Of a stretch of DNA of 39,925 nt, positions 10,001-20,989 are shown in pieces (the stretch's first letter is position 1; the number at the start of each line of letters is the position of its first letter). The stretch comes from a virus. Its lineage: Duplodnaviria; Caudoviricetes. Both the position numbers and the translations under genes were made by a program. The DNA is taken from the IMG/VR virus record IMGVR_UViG_3300044513_003828, positions 1-39,925 of that record. The stretch is one strand, 5' to 3'. The notes beneath the pieces are model-generated. The model was given only the letters and a program-made list of their open reading frames with translations, was not told the origin of the DNA and did not search any database.

Positions 10001-13000
10001 GTAGTGAACGTATCACTACAAATATTGTAAATTGGGAATGATGTTACCTCTTTCTCGGCACATATCACACTCATCGATGCGAAATTACTACATCCATTCA
10101 CATCAGTTACAGTTACCGTGTATGTATCAGCACTTAATCCTGAAATAGATTGTGTTGTTTCACCGTTAGACCACAAATATGTAAATGGTGCATCACCCGA
10201 AAGAGTATTGGCTGTTAAACTTGCCGATGTTGTAGGGGTACATTCTGTTTTAGTGATAACAACATCAACACCAGTATTACCTGTGATATTGAACGTTTCA
10301 GAAATTTCACATCCTGACCCATCAATAACCTCAATAGTGTAACCACCCTGAGGTAAGTTATAGAAGGTAAAACCAGTAAGTGCCGTATCGATAATATTCT
10401 GACCATCAGATAAAATATAATCTAACGGTAGAGTATAACCACTACTCACCTCAATATAAGCAGAACCTGTGTTACCACCACATGTGGCACCTGTTGTATT
10501 GACACTTAACTCATACTTTGGAGTTGCCGATATCACAACTGTATCGTTGTAACAACATCCTCCAGCACTTTCGATAGAAATATCGTAAGTATCAAACGTT
10601 AGATTAGGGAATGTTACCTGATTATTTGAACTTGTTAAACTACTTGTTCCTCCTGATGTCTGTCCTGTATAACCATATGTAAATGGAACACCCGTTCCAT
10701 TAGCATTCATGATTAATGTGGCTTGTGAATTACAATTTGTATAAGTAACTGAGTATGATGCACTTATTAAACCACCCAACGAAGGAATGTCAACAGAATC
10801 TGTCAACACACAACCGTATGAGTCCGTTACAGTAAATTGGTATAACCCTGCACTTGCTCCTGTAAATGTGAAATTAGTATTAGGAGTTGTCCCACTGTAT
10901 CCATTTTGACCTTGGTAAGTATATGGTGATGTCCCACCACTAATATAAACCGTTAAGATACCATCATTCACTAAACAACCCGCAGGTGTTGTAGTATATG
11001 ATATCATATTCATGGCATTAGACGCTACCACATCACCCGATTGAGTTTGTTCACACCCATTAGCATCAGTTACTGTAACACTATAGGTATTAGCACTTAA
11101 TCCTGTAATAGAAGATGTTGTTTCACCGTTTGACCACACATATGTAAATGGTGCAGCTCCCGTTAATCCTGTCACCGCAATTGCACCTTCATAGAACCCA
11201 CAATTTGATGTTCCCGTAATAGAAAGACCAAACTCAGGTGATGAAGTTCCTGATATAATTACTGTTTGTGTCTGTGCAGTAGCTCCACCATCATCTGTAA
11301 CAATAGCATAGTAACTTCCTTGAGGTAAACCATAGAAATCTGTAGGATTTACGGTGCTCGATAACGATTGGTTTAATATATTATTCTGATATAGGTCAAT
11401 CGTATATGGTAAAGATGTTGAGTCCCCACTAACTTGAATATACCCATCTAAACCATTACATGTCGTGGCAGAGTAATCACTGATAATTGCGTCTAAACAA
11501 CCATCAACATTAACATTAATATATAATTCGTTATTTTGGTCACCTAAACTATCATTCAAACGGAAGGTATAATTTCCTTCAGTTAAACCAGTATAAACGA
11601 ATGGGAATACTGACGTTCCACCCGATAATGTTCCAGGAACTATATTATCTAACGTATATGGAGGAATACCTCCCGTCGGTAAGATTCTTAATGTTCCAAG
11701 ACCTGTGTCACAAGTGCCAGTTAATTCAAACGTGTAGTCTAAATCTGTATAATCACAAGATTGTGAGGTTACTGAACCAAAAGTAACCACATCTATAGTG
11801 TATGAATAACTTGTATCTATTTTTACTAATATTGGGTCTATTGTATAACCCTCATGATACACATCACAACAGTCAACATATTGATAGTTACCCTGTATTG
11901 TGGCATCATAACAAGTTATTGGTAGCGTTGGCGTTGGACTTGGAGTTGGCAAGATACTCGATGTCGGCGTTGGACTCGGTGTAACGAAATTTTGAGGACA
12001 AACAACATCAATAGAATCCAAGAAGTTACCACCGGCCTGACTTGAAGTCGCTGAGAATACCAAACTGTAATCCGTCTCTGACGCAGTGAAATTGATAGCA
12101 TTTAAAGTCCATGATGCGGTTAAACCCGTATATTCATTAGGGAAAAATACTAACCCGCTGGTCGCACCACTTAAACCAACCTTCAATGTGTTCAAGAATC
12201 CAGTTCTACCTCTATGAGCAAACTGAACTTGGTATTGTTGACCGTTTACCGCAGTAAAATCTTGGTATAGTGACTGAGCGGCTGCTGATTGTGCATTAAT
12301 CTCAGCAAAGTGAGTTCCCGAATATGACGGAACTCCTTGATATCCTGATGCCCATATCTCAATAATATTTGACGAATCCGTTGTATTCCAACCAGGAATA
12401 CATTCTTCAGGATAAAAGTTGAACGTAGTAGCCGAGGTACAATTTGTCCCATCAGCAGTTGACCCCCCACCTGTTGTTGTACCAGTACACTCAGACGGAC
12501 ATGAGCCTAAATCCGACATAAAGATATCAAATGAAGGGTTAATAAGTCTATTACAAGGAACACTCACTGTAGGTGTAATACTTGGGGTTGATGGTGGAGT
12601 GTCCGTAGGTGTAATTGTCGGAGTGACAGTCGTTGTAGTTGTAATACTTGGAGTTACCGTCGGAGTTGTTGACGGTGTTCCTCCAGGCGTCGTAGTAATA
12701 CTAGCACTTGGTGTTGCAGTTACACTACTAGTAATTGTTGGGGTAACACTTGATGTTGTTGACGGTGTCCCTCCAGGTGTTGTTGTGATAGTAGCACTTG
12801 GTGTTGCTGTCAAACTACTCGTAATTGTTGGGGTAACACTTGATGTTGTTGACGGTGTCCCTCCAGGTGTTGTTGTTGGTGTTGATGTTATCGTCGGTGT
12901 AGGTGTAGGTGATGGAGACGCACATATACAAGGACCCGTTTCACATAGATTCTCAGTCAACGCACTGAATTCAACAGTCGTTACAGGAACACCACCACTT

Positions 13001-16000
13001 CGATACGCAAATGAGTAACAGGTTCCTGTGTAGGTATAACCATATCCTTCTGATAATTGAGTGGATTCTATGAAATTATTTAAAGATGCACTAACAACCG
13101 CTTCAGTAAAGTTAGTTACCGTTGGGTCAACATTAACACCAAAGTTTTTGAGTCCAGGACCATTTTGGAAGGCACTATCTAAATTTTGATACGCAGTAGT
13201 CGCGGTGAAGGCAGAAAATACATTTATACTTGATAGACCTAATAAGTTTAAGTTTTCAGGACCAACCGACAGAATTGAATCACCATACTTATTTTGGAAT
13301 TCCGTAGCGTTTATAGTCTCACCTTCAACTATACCAACAACATGTGGAACAAATCCTTTTCGTGATACATTACTATCGACAACTGGGTAAACTAAAGAAT
13401 CTACCCTACCGTTTTGAAGTTTGATATCCTCCCAAACCTTCAAATATTGTTCATAATCGTATTCTACCCTATCAGTTGTTAAGTTATTTGGTGTGGCCGG
13501 TGGATTCCATGTATTAGTATCAAGATTAAATGGATTAGAGACTAATGTGGCATTATTAGTAAATTGACCATGATATAGACCGACAAGTCCGTCAGCTTCA
13601 TCTATAATATTTACAACGATAAAGTTTTTATCACCACCATTAAATGTACCAGGACCAGTCTCAGATGTGGAATTCAAATTACCATGATTAAACGGTACCC
13701 CATTGGACCTCCAGTCGGAATTACCCGTAGTTAAATCAAGACCTCTATTGATTCTTTGATATGTAGTACCACTATCATTAAACTGTGTGTTTCTTGGCAC
13801 ACACTTACCATTATCGTTCGTCTTACAAAAACGTGAGTCATAGTCAGAATATGTAACCCCACTATTCAAGGCTGAGAACTCCCCAATAGATGTTGAATCA
13901 CTTAAAGTTCCACCTGTTAAAGAACCGAGGTATGGGTAAGTATTCCACCAAATCCAGTTCTCACCATTATGTGAGTTTTTACCAATAACACCCTCATATA
14001 ACTCTCCAACAGTCTGTTGTGCTGACTGAGTAGCGTACCATGAACGAATAGATTCAGAAGCCGCAGCTGCCTCAGCATCATCTAATGAAGTAGCATCGTA
14101 GAATACATAAACATTAGGAGCACCTTGAAGGTTAATATCTATCTCAATAGTGTCAGATGGGTCACAACAAGCACTTAACGTCCATGTCTCAGTATTAGGA
14201 CCACAAGTTCCACCACTACATGAATATGTTCCACTAACGTTTCCATAATTTATAGAATATGAACTACCAAGCCCTAAAGGCTGGAATGGATATGAACTAC
14301 TTGAATAAGGAGTCCCACTTATTGTAACCGTAGTTTGACCTAAGGTTCCACCAGAGGTACAAAGATAGTATGTAAACGAGGCGTTAGATGAATCAGCAGT
14401 AAACGTAACTGTTTCACCGTCACAATTAACATATTCAGTATATGCTTTACCATCATCGGCAATATCCCATAAGTTATTATCCACTTGGACACATTGACAA
14501 TCACTCACAGGCAAAGAAGGGGTAATAGACGGTGTCACCGTTGGGGTTAGTGTTAGGGATGGAGTAACCGTAGGGGTGTTAGCCGGTGTTGAAGTTGGAG
14601 AATATGAAGGTGTGTTTGTTAGTGTTGAAGTTGGGGTTAGTGTTAAGGACGGAGTAACCGTCATTGTTGGGGTATATGATGGTGTATATGAAGGAGTATT
14701 TGTTGGTGTATACGATGGCGTGGTTGTTGGAGTTGGTGACGCAGCCGCAGCACATACAGCAGGACTACAATCACCAGGAGTAGCACTAACAACACTATAA
14801 GTACCAATGCTTGGTTGTGGTGCAACAGTAAACGAACCTGTTGGTGTGTATGAAGGACCAAAAGGAGGATTATTTAATACCGTGTAACATCCATCAGGTA
14901 TACCAGTAGCACCTGTCATACTCCATACACCAATAGGGGCAGGATTATATCCACTTCCTTGAGCAGGGCCAGGTATTGCATACAAGTTACCAGTAGTACA
15001 GGCTGATAAGTAAATATAATCAGGTAACGTAGATGGTGTCATAGTTGGTGTAGGTGTCCTCGTAAAAGATGGAGTTAACCCAGGTGTAATTGTGGGTGTT
15101 GGTGTAACGGAAGATGAAACAAACAAACTTGGACATACCACATTAATAGCGTCTAAGAAGTTACCACCATTAGTATTAGTAGTCGCACTAAACATCAAAT
15201 TATATTCAGGTTCCGCAGCAGTAAAATTATACGCGTGTAGATTCCAAGCGGTGGTACTACCAACATAAACACTTGGTAAAAATTGAATTCCACTAGTTGC
15301 ACCACTCAATGCAACTCTCATTGTATTAGCATAACCTACTCTACCTCTGTGAGCAAATTGTACTTGATATGTGTTACCAGTAACAACACTAAATGTTTGA
15401 TACAAAGATTGTGAGACACTACTTTGAGCGTTTATCTCCGCAAAATAATTACCATTATAGGACGGTACCTCTGTTCCTGGACCTGCAGTTGTATAACCAC
15501 TAGCCCATATTTCAATGGTACCATCAGGGGCGGTAGTATCCCAACCAGGTATACAATCAGCATCATAGAATCCAGAGGCGGGAGGATTTAATGTTGGTAA
15601 ACCAGACGGACAACCAAAAGAGCTATTATATAATTCAAAATTGGGGTTAATTAATTGACCACATGGTGCCGGTGATACTGTAGGTGTAATAGAGCGGGTA
15701 ACTGTCCTCGTAGGTGTAATTGTTCTAGTTGGAGTCGGTGTTGGAGTTCTTGTATTCGAAGGTGACGGTGCGGGACAAGTGTTAACAGCAGTTATTTTAC
15801 CATTATTAGCAGATGCAGTTCCATCAACAGAATATACTGCATTACCAAGAGAAGTTATAACAACATAAAATGTACTAGCAATATTAGTGGGAACCGAGGC
15901 AAAACAAGTCGAAGAATTAGCATGAAAAGTATCATTCACCGCAGGTGAACCACCCGCTTGTGTTATTGACCATGTTGCCGACGTACCCCCACCTGAACAA

Positions 16001-16053
16001 ACCGTAGCCTGAGATGAAGAATATCTTACACTTACATTATTAATACAAGCCAT
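7033..16053 (-). CDS. Giant mosaic adhesin-like virion protein (3006 aa): Pro/Thr/Ser stalks, two CBM/DUF642-like domains, vWA-like domain, SprB-type repeats, Cys-bracketed small domains
   Basis: SprB-type units ([36 protein letters not shown]; [36 protein letters not shown]), a duplicated LINP.F...IPGW.TT....IEIWASG...FAEINAQS...FAHRGR...GGNFLD domain, VYVFYDATS and VVNIIDEAD strands, and about eight TPT-rich linkers. Its start overlaps the upstream stop (TAATG). Confidence 0.82.
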   Translation of the reverse strand: MACINNVSVRYSSSQATVCSGGGTSATWSITQAGGSPAVNDTFHANSSTCFASVPTNIASTFYVVITSLGNAVYSVDGTASANNGKITAVNTCPAPSPSNTRTPTPTPTRTITPTRTVTRSITPTVSPAPCGQLINPNFELYNSSFGCPSGLPTLNPPASGFYDADCIPGWDTTAPDGTIEIWASGYTTAGPGTEVPSYNGNYFAEINAQSSVSQSLYQTFSVVTGNTYQVQFAHRGRVGYANTMRVALSGATSGIQFLPSVYVGSTTAWNLHAYNFTAAEPEYNLMFSATTNTNGGNFLDAINVVCPSLFVSSSVTPTPTITPGLTPSFTRTPTPTMTPSTLPDYIYLSACTTGNLYAIPGPAQGSGYNPAPIGVWSMTGATGIPDGCYTVLNNPPFGPSYTPTGSFTVAPQPSIGTYSVVSATPGDCSPAVCAAAASPTPTTTPSYTPTNTPSYTPSYTPTMTVTPSLTLTPTSTLTNTPSYSPTSTPANTPTVTPSLTLTPTVTPSITPSLPVSDCQCVQVDNNLWDIADDGKAYTEYVNCDGETVTFTADSSNASFTYYLCTSGGTLGQTTVTISGTPYSSSSYPFQPLGLGSSYSINYGNVSGTYSCSGGTCGPNTETWTLSACCDPSDTIEIDINLQGAPNVYVFYDATSLDDAEAAAASESIRSWYATQSAQQTVGELYEGVIGKNSHNGENWIWWNTYPYLGSLTGGTLSDSTSIGEFSALNSGVTYSDYDSRFCKTNDNGKCVPRNTQFNDSGTTYQRINRGLDLTTGNSDWRSNGVPFNHGNLNSTSETGPGTFNGGDKNFIVVNIIDEADGLVGLYHGQFTNNATLVSNPFNLDTNTWNPPATPNNLTTDRVEYDYEQYLKVWEDIKLQNGRVDSLVYPVVDSNVSRKGFVPHVVGIVEGETINATEFQNKYGDSILSVGPENLNLLGLSSINVFSAFTATTAYQNLDSAFQNGPGLKNFGVNVDPTVTNFTEAVVSASLNNFIESTQLSEGYGYTYTGTCYSFAYRSGGVPVTTVEFSALTENLCETGPCICASPSPTPTPTITSTPTTTPGGTPSTTSSVTPTITSSLTATPSATITTTPGGTPSTTSSVTPTITSSVTATPSASITTTPGGTPSTTPTVTPSITTTTTVTPTITPTDTPPSTPSITPTVSVPCNRLINPSFDIFMSDLGSCPSECTGTTTGGGSTADGTNCTSATTFNFYPEECIPGWNTTDSSNIIEIWASGYQGVPSYSGTHFAEINAQSAAAQSLYQDFTAVNGQQYQVQFAHRGRTGFLNTLKVGLSGATSGLVFFPNEYTGLTASWTLNAINFTASETDYSLVFSATSSQAGGNFLDSIDVVCPQNFVTPSPTPTSSILPTPSPTPTLPITCYDATIQGNYQYVDCCDVYHEGYTIDPILVKIDTSYSYTIDVVTFGSVTSQSCDYTDLDYTFELTGTCDTGLGTLRILPTGGIPPYTLDNIVPGTLSGGTSVFPFVYTGLTEGNYTFRLNDSLGDQNNELYINVNVDGCLDAIISDYSATTCNGLDGYIQVSGDSTSLPYTIDLYQNNILNQSLSSTVNPTDFYGLPQGSYYAIVTDDGGATAQTQTVIISGTSSPEFGLSITGTSNCGFYEGAIAVTGLTGAAPFTYVWSNGETTSSITGLSANTYSVTVTDANGCEQTQSGDVVASNAMNMISYTTTPAGCLVNDGILTVYISGGTSPYTYQGQNGYSGTTPNTNFTFTGASAGLYQFTVTDSYGCVLTDSVDIPSLGGLISASYSVTYTNCNSQATLIMNANGTGVPFTYGYTGQTSGGTSSLTSSNNQVTFPNLTFDTYDISIESAGGCCYNDTVVISATPKYELSVNTTGATCGGNTGSAYIEVSSGYTLPLDYILSDGQNIIDTALTGFTFYNLPQGGYTIEVIDGSGCEISETFNITGNTGVDVVITKTECTPTTSASLTANTLSGDAPFTYLWSNGETTQSISGLSADTYTVTVTDVNGCSNFASMSVICAEKEVTSFPIYNICSDTFTTVIKRKGFIEMAGDGYLDLTDNLTMYTGCTFISMVFNYDIDYSGQTATGSFYTGYTISDVPSDELWANTIESVLTGFTGINGVETDIINNTIKMTGECNNNEIVNIDLRIDYNLDCGVIPSPTPSPTPSITPTNSVTPTITPTRSITPTRTITPTVTITPTTTVTVTPTSTITPTVTITPTTTVTMTPTNTITPTVTITPTSTVTVTPTTTVTMTPTVTPSLSNPLDGAYYYISTSSYDVCFSSVPTDIIYAQDGLSVGEVLYQNSTGTDPYTIAELQALLSTSNTVFYVRPMSGSTVFTVVDNGSGNAIAQSQSVCVSMTPTPTLTMTPTTTITPTNTITPTSTVTPTSTVTPTQTVTPTSSVTPTETPVSTPSTTPTITPTSSVTPTLTVTPTQTVTTTSSVTPSETPASSPSVTPTLTPTNSITPTQTVTPTNTLTPTATPVSTITPTSSVTPTNSVTPTNTQTPTATVTPSATPGSTVTPTSSITPTASITPTNSVTPTSTVTPSATPGSTVSPTPSITPTSSITPTNSVTPTATVTPSATPGSTVTPTSSITPTASITPTNSVTPTKTQTPTATVTPSATPGSTVSPTPTITPTVSITPTNSVTPTSSITPTPTITPTASITPTNSVTPTKTQTPTVTVTPSSTPGSTVSPTPTITPTVSITPTSSITPTNSVTPTNSVTPTNSVTPSVTITPTKTVTPTPSVVYVTENLWSSYKIGVEGTETLWTESDGPNQASDTICVYWSDITNSQSYGTSVKYVGTLQVGTFLGSQSNPNDPIPSGKYVRGDYPTVVGSSSSNDLITVDGGGNITDISSINSVCPSVTPTVTPTRTKTPTPSLTPTRTKTPTPTPTRSITPTRSATPPPSTFTYFVTAELSNGCEKYIGKVYKNGTLTSTVTKNSGSNPTISTNNFQVLSTDTILLTLESYGPTGVGCSEYFGTTARINVGSPFSQPTVKIVTSPNTDSYSHNPVDGTTNTVNFRGDPTI
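7880..9650 (-). repeat. Two long TPT hexapeptide tracts with higher-order exact direct repeats
   Basis: Identical 56-bp copies at 8345-8400 and 8549-8604, and 60-bp-period units at ~9401, 9461 and 9521. A small globular domain at ~9050-9330 interrupts the tracts. Confidence 0.9.
12660..12900 (-). repeat. 90-bp (30-aa) tandem repeat, about 3 copies ([21 protein letters not shown][LV]TATPSA[TS]I)
   Basis: Identical 56-bp stretches at 12731-12786 and 12821-12876, with a third diverged copy near 12671. Confidence 0.9.
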
Positions 16054-18998
16054 TATCCACAGTTAATACTTAGGTTTATCCCCACATTCAAGTAGATAGT
16101 TTTGTCAGTAAAATTCGCCATACACCCTATATTCGTAAACGTGATTGTATTACCATTAATAGAGTAAGCCAAACCGTTTTGATATAAATACAAGAATCGG
16201 TTAATTATCGCGGATTGCCATTGACTATTTGTTGGAGCATCATTAGCCCCGTATCCCGTATAAAATTGTTCTTGAACAAGGATATCTGAGTCCAATCTTA
16301 AGTCCACATACCATGATGAAACAATAGAGTTTAAATCACAATCAGCGGTCGTATAACCACTACTACTTACCACACTTGTTACTTGAGAGTTAAGTATCTG
16401 TTGGAAAGTCAATGATGGATATAAGTTACAATCAACCGTTTGGTCCACACAATCATATTTGAATAGTGGACCTGTGATTGAACACGGAGTACAAGGAACA
16501 GGAACAATTTCACAACCTCTTTGAACTCGGTAAACAAACTTCTGTCTGTCAAATTCTGAGTTAGACATCTTCTGACCACCTGTCCATAATGTTGAGGCAG
16601 GAACCACTTGTTCCACCAATCTCATCCAATAGTCACCAATACCATTTGTGAAATCAATCATCTTTTGGTAGGTGTATTTATTAGATGGTATATTAACCGC
16701 CTCCTCAGAAGTTAAGTATTTCCAATAGATAGATTGTAGTGTTGGATAACCACCCGTCTTTGATGATTGTGTTTGTCTGTTACGAACATTAATCATGTTC
16801 TTATAGAATGTCTGAGCAAACTCAAAGAAAGTCTTTTGTTTTGGTCTTGGGTTTATAACCGTCCAATCAATCCCTCCTGGTGTCGGGTATGGTGATGTAA
16901 GACCTGTCGATGGTATTGGGTAATCGTATTTTCTACTCATATCCCATACATCATAAACAAGACCCTGACCCATGTTCATGTATAGTTCAATATTCTTTCT
17001 ATTAAGAACTAATCTTTCATCATTAACTTTATAGTAGGCGTTAAATGCACCAGTACTTTTTCTAACACCTGTAGTATCTTGTGCCCATGACTTTAAGTTA
17101 TCTTTTACTGCAGTAAGTTCGTAACCCAAATCCATATATGGAAACTCACGGTATCTATCAAAGAATTTTTCACCGTAAGTGTAAGGTTCAAGAGATGTTT
17201 GAATATCAGGATTTTGACCTGTGAAGACAGAGTTAGTTAAGTCTAACTTTTGATTCGCTCTATGTTTTGGTGTTTGTTCGTACCATCCAGAACCCATCTC
17301 AAAGAAATAGTTATTGGTAAAAGTAGCGTTTGTTGGGTAACCTTCCTCATCAATTGGATAATCACCTCTTGTAGTATCAATAAAGGTAGTCTGTGATGTT
17401 GGTGTAAATGCAGTATAAGTAACACCTTTAACCTTATAAGTGTCTGTAGGATTCAACACTGGTAAAATCTCCAATCTAGTACCACCTGATAGTGAATCGT
17501 ATTCTTCATTGAACTGATTAATGTTAATCGGTCCGTCAGCCATATAAATGGTCTCATTAAATTCAACCAACGCTTTTGGTGCTCCCACCATTCTCATCAA
17601 AAATTCTATGGATTGTCGAGTACCTTTTGTTTTGTATAGGTAACCTGAATTGATAATGATTTTTCTGTAATATTCGTAATTTAATTCACGAGGCGTTTTA
17701 TCCCTTGTTTGACCAGGATAAATTGATTGATTTTTAGTCCCAAAAATTGAGAATAAAAAGTCTTCATTTGTGATAGGAGAGTTGTTAGTGTCAAAACCTA
17801 ATGTCTGAGCCAAGTTTTTAAGTAACTCTGAAGGTATGTCGTTCTTTGGTTGGTAGTTAACCGAGTTAATATAAGCTAAACCATCAATGAATTTCTTTGT
17901 TTCATCAAAACTTCTACCGTATATTTGTAAAACCTTCTCTAACTTTTGGTCACCCGTATCAAATTCCTTTAATGAACCTGAAATTAAGAACCTACTAATC
18001 AAATTGGTTCTGAAACTATCCATTACAATTGCAATGTCATTCAGTTTTGCCAGGTAAACATCATATCTTTCAGAAGAAATATCGATATTCCATAAACCAG
18101 CAACAGGCCATGTAACTTTTTCTGCAGAATTGTAAAATCTACCCGAATTATCTTCTCTCGGAACACTGAATGATGCAGTATACTTTGGTGTCACCAATCT
18201 ATTCAGTAAGAATTTCTCAATTTCATCAAAATCTTGACTAAAAACGACCTCTGTTTCGTATTTGTTAGGTCTTAACAATAATGATTCAGTTGTTGTCGTT
18301 GAACTAAATGGTCTACCTTGAACAGTCACCGTAATGGTCCCCGCAGATAACGATGGAGACGCATCAAAATCACTTAATAGGTATTCTGTTTCTCCTGTCC
18401 CAATAAATAAAGAATATTTCAAGTAATTTCTTGTTATATTCCTTAATGGATGGACCGCCATCGGTCTTAATTGAACATTTCTATCGGCATTTACACTGTA
18501 ATCAATGTCCAATGGGTTCTTAATACGAGTTACATCGATATCAAACGTTGTTTCATCATCAATAGCATCATATGAAATGTTAGACGCAGTATTCGCCGTA
18601 GTATAATCAGTATAAACCCTATCAACCTCCAATCCCGCAGGGAAAAAGTTGATAACTTTTAATACAGACGCAGAAAATCTCTTCTGTAATGAACCATACA
18701 AAGAGAAATTAGTAACATTTGAAATATCATAGTTAGGATAGACACCATATTCTTTGGCCTGTAACCTTTTTGACTCCTCAATGGATTCAATTTGAAGATT
18801 CTCCAAAGTATAAGGAATTGAAAATACACCAGTGTCAAAGGTTCTATTAACCTTCTCAACAACTGCGGTAGTAAATTCAAAGTTTCCTTGCGTTAATCCA
18901 CCACCCTCAACAACCTGAAACCCTACAAGGTCAGGAGAGAAAGACTCACTACCAGCAGGAGGTGCCGGTGGGTAACGATATTTCTTACTTGATGCCAT
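16053..18998 (-). CDS. Putative baseplate wedge/tail protein (981 aa; P2 gpI/T4 gp7-like motif)
   Basis: [14 protein letters not shown]...[30 protein letters not shown] resembles the L..LA..LG / Y..KGT...I signature of tail-I/gp7-type wedge proteins. It is in the same operon as the gp25 and gp6 homologues. Confidence 0.6.
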   Translation of the reverse strand: MASSKKYRYPPAPPAGSESFSPDLVGFQVVEGGGLTQGNFEFTTAVVEKVNRTFDTGVFSIPYTLENLQIESIEESKRLQAKEYGVYPNYDISNVTNFSLYGSLQKRFSASVLKVINFFPAGLEVDRVYTDYTTANTASNISYDAIDDETTFDIDVTRIKNPLDIDYSVNADRNVQLRPMAVHPLRNITRNYLKYSLFIGTGETEYLLSDFDASPSLSAGTITVTVQGRPFSSTTTTESLLLRPNKYETEVVFSQDFDEIEKFLLNRLVTPKYTASFSVPREDNSGRFYNSAEKVTWPVAGLWNIDISSERYDVYLAKLNDIAIVMDSFRTNLISRFLISGSLKEFDTGDQKLEKVLQIYGRSFDETKKFIDGLAYINSVNYQPKNDIPSELLKNLAQTLGFDTNNSPITNEDFLFSIFGTKNQSIYPGQTRDKTPRELNYEYYRKIIINSGYLYKTKGTRQSIEFLMRMVGAPKALVEFNETIYMADGPININQFNEEYDSLSGGTRLEILPVLNPTDTYKVKGVTYTAFTPTSQTTFIDTTRGDYPIDEEGYPTNATFTNNYFFEMGSGWYEQTPKHRANQKLDLTNSVFTGQNPDIQTSLEPYTYGEKFFDRYREFPYMDLGYELTAVKDNLKSWAQDTTGVRKSTGAFNAYYKVNDERLVLNRKNIELYMNMGQGLVYDVWDMSRKYDYPIPSTGLTSPYPTPGGIDWTVINPRPKQKTFFEFAQTFYKNMINVRNRQTQSSKTGGYPTLQSIYWKYLTSEEAVNIPSNKYTYQKMIDFTNGIGDYWMRLVEQVVPASTLWTGGQKMSNSEFDRQKFVYRVQRGCEIVPVPCTPCSITGPLFKYDCVDQTVDCNLYPSLTFQQILNSQVTSVVSSSGYTTADCDLNSIVSSWYVDLRLDSDILVQEQFYTGYGANDAPTNSQWQSAIINRFLYLYQNGLAYSINGNTITFTNIGCMANFTDKTIYLNVGINLSINCG

Positions 18999-19903
18999 TA
19001 ATTAATCACACTATTGAAATTTTTACTGAAGTCGATATTATCACCTCTATCTTGACGAACCTCAAACAATAAGTTGTTAAACTCATCTCTAATTTCAAAC
19101 AAGTTGTATTGTTTGTAGATGTTGTTAGATGGGTCATAAATAGTGTAAATACCATCTTCCATACTCTTAGTTTGATTGCCGTAAAGTGCGATAGCGAGAG
19201 TGTCGATATCGTGTTCAGCCATTTCAATGTCTAATGTGATTGGATTGAAGAACGTATTAGTGACAATAATATCTTGGTCAGGCTGTCCAATATATGGTGT
19301 TGCATTTGGTTTGTTAGAAGGTGCACTTGATGGTGACAATGTGCAGAACATCAAATCACTACCATTCTCAACATAACGATACCTAATAGATTTTTGTGAA
19401 CTATTAGTTAAGTTTGTTGTTACAGGTTCACAGTAGAAAGATGAAGTAATAATCCTATAGAAATTAGGGACCTTAGTACCATCATCATTCAAGTACTCTA
19501 CTCTAAAACCTACCAATCCTTGAGCAACAAATTTATTTCTATATTCAGGTTCCACATTGTTTAAGTCAACAACGATACCTTTTACGTTTGGTAATGCAGA
19601 TAACACACCACAGTCAGTAATCGTTGTTCTTATCTCAGCAGGTCGAATATATAATGTGTAAATCCCCTTTTCATTAAACTCCTCAGCCGGTAATGTTAAA
19701 TTATACATACCACCCAAAATTTCATTTGTATTTCCACCCGTGTTGTTGTTGTGGAAATAAGGAGTTAAAATAGTAGACGCATCCAATTTTTTTAAGACAA
19801 AGTCTTCGGTTACGTCTCTACTCGGCGTGAAATGCATAATGATTTCCACATCTTCAGGTGACATATCTGCGGGTCTTGTAATACCGTAACTTCCTAAAGC
19901 CAT
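18998..19903 (-). CDS. Hypothetical virion (baseplate region) protein, 301 aa
   Basis: Clean ORF coupled by TAATG to the 981-aa gene. Beta-rich, with no recognisable enzyme motif. Confidence 0.7.
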   Translation of the reverse strand: MALGSYGITRPADMSPEDVEIIMHFTPSRDVTEDFVLKKLDASTILTPYFHNNNTGGNTNEILGGMYNLTLPAEEFNEKGIYTLYIRPAEIRTTITDCGVLSALPNVKGIVVDLNNVEPEYRNKFVAQGLVGFRVEYLNDDGTKVPNFYRIITSSFYCEPVTTNLTNSSQKSIRYRYVENGSDLMFCTLSPSSAPSNKPNATPYIGQPDQDIIVTNTFFNPITLDIEMAEHDIDTLAIALYGNQTKSMEDGIYTIYDPSNNIYKQYNLFEIRDEFNNLLFEVRQDRGDNIDFSKNFNSVIN

Positions 19904-19906
19904 TTT

Positions 19907-20989
19907 TTATACTTTGTTAATTTTGTAGAAACCATAACCATAACGGGTTAAGTCTCCGATGTTATCGACCTCACCCAACCTTTCAATTCCTTCGAATGCT
20001 GAGTTTTTGCCTCTTTCAATAAATACCTCACTCTGAATTTCTGGTGAGGAAACCATGTCTAATAATACTTCTTGTTTTGTAATCGCACTAACACTTAAGT
20101 CATTCTCGGTTAAACCTGATGAATTTCCAACGTATAATGTTGTACCATCAGGGTAATCAAAGTAAGACACATCATTGATGGTATATGCGGTATATTCAGT
20201 GTTTATCTCATCAATAACACCATATATCTGACCATTTTTAATAATAGGGACATTGGTTGCATATTTTACTGCACCGTAATTACCCAAACTAGTCAATCTA
20301 CTTTTTGTATACCCTGACACCACAAATGGAACCGATGTATAATTTGAAGAAACTTGTGAACTTACATTATTTTCGGCATCACCACTAAAGATATAATCAT
20401 ACGACAACGGAGTTCCTGACCAATTACCCCCTTGAGGTGTAAACGTAATATTACCCTCAGGATTTGTAATAGTCACCCCTGTCATAGGGATATTAATCTT
20501 CTTTTTAACTGTTGTAACACCCCACGGGTTAGTCTGTGTAATGGTTACCGTAAAGGCACTACTATAAGAATAGTTATGAGACAAATAAGACGGAGATGTC
20601 GAGTTTATCGACTGAGTGCTTGTTCCATCACCCCAATCAATAACATAATCAGCTAATTGTAAAAACTTCTTAAACTCCCTATCCGATGTATTATATACGA
20701 ATAATTGATATGGGTCCGTAGTACCACCAGAATAAATGAAATTATTGACCACATCTTTTTGAAGGATATATCCATCAAACGGCGTGTAGTAACCTAAATC
20801 GTTAAATGTTTGAGTAAATACTATCGGTAAGGTTAGACCAGTTAATAATGACGAACCGTTAGTACCACCACTAAGGATTTGAGTCATTGCAGAATAAACA
20901 CCAAAAGTATTTCCACTGAAAGTTTCTTGGATTAAATCGTCCTTTAAAACCTCAGGAGAAATTAAGTAATATGTTCTATCAGCCTTCAT
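19907..20989 (-). CDS. Virion structural protein with a PKD-like Ig domain, 360 aa
   Basis: YVIDWGDGT...LSHNY...FTVTITQTNPWG matches the PKD WDFGDG/H.Y...Y.V.L pattern. Confidence 0.68.
   Translation of the reverse strand: MKADRTYYLISPEVLKDDLIQETFSGNTFGVYSAMTQILSGGTNGSSLLTGLTLPIVFTQTFNDLGYYTPFDGYILQKDVVNNFIYSGGTTDPYQLFVYNTSDREFKKFLQLADYVIDWGDGTSTQSINSTSPSYLSHNYSYSSAFTVTITQTNPWGVTTVKKKINIPMTGVTITNPEGNITFTPQGGNWSGTPLSYDYIFSGDAENNVSSQVSSNYTSVPFVVSGYTKSRLTSLGNYGAVKYATNVPIIKNGQIYGVIDEINTEYTAYTINDVSYFDYPDGTTLYVGNSSGLTENDLSVSAITKQEVLLDMVSSPEIQSEVFIERGKNSAFEGIERLGEVDNIGDLTRYGYGFYKINKV

Noticed and set aside
3395-12900. Periodic DNA repeats considered as a CRISPR array
   Set aside because: The repeats are in-frame coding units with synonymous variation and no constant repeat/unique spacer structure, and no cas genes are present.
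5003-14800. Many + strand Val/Gly-rich ORFs (e.g. 5003-5218, 5345-5626, 8693-9139, 12419-13018, 14576-14800) that look like hydrophobic repeat proteins
   Set aside because: They are antisense shadows of Thr/Pro codons (ACN/CCN) in the mucin-like tracts. They coincide exactly with the tracts and have no independent start context.
1-16053. Diversity-generating retroelement acting on fibre C-termini
   Set aside because: No reverse transcriptase and no template/variable repeat pair with adenine-specific mismatches was seen. The duplicated domains differ at all base types.
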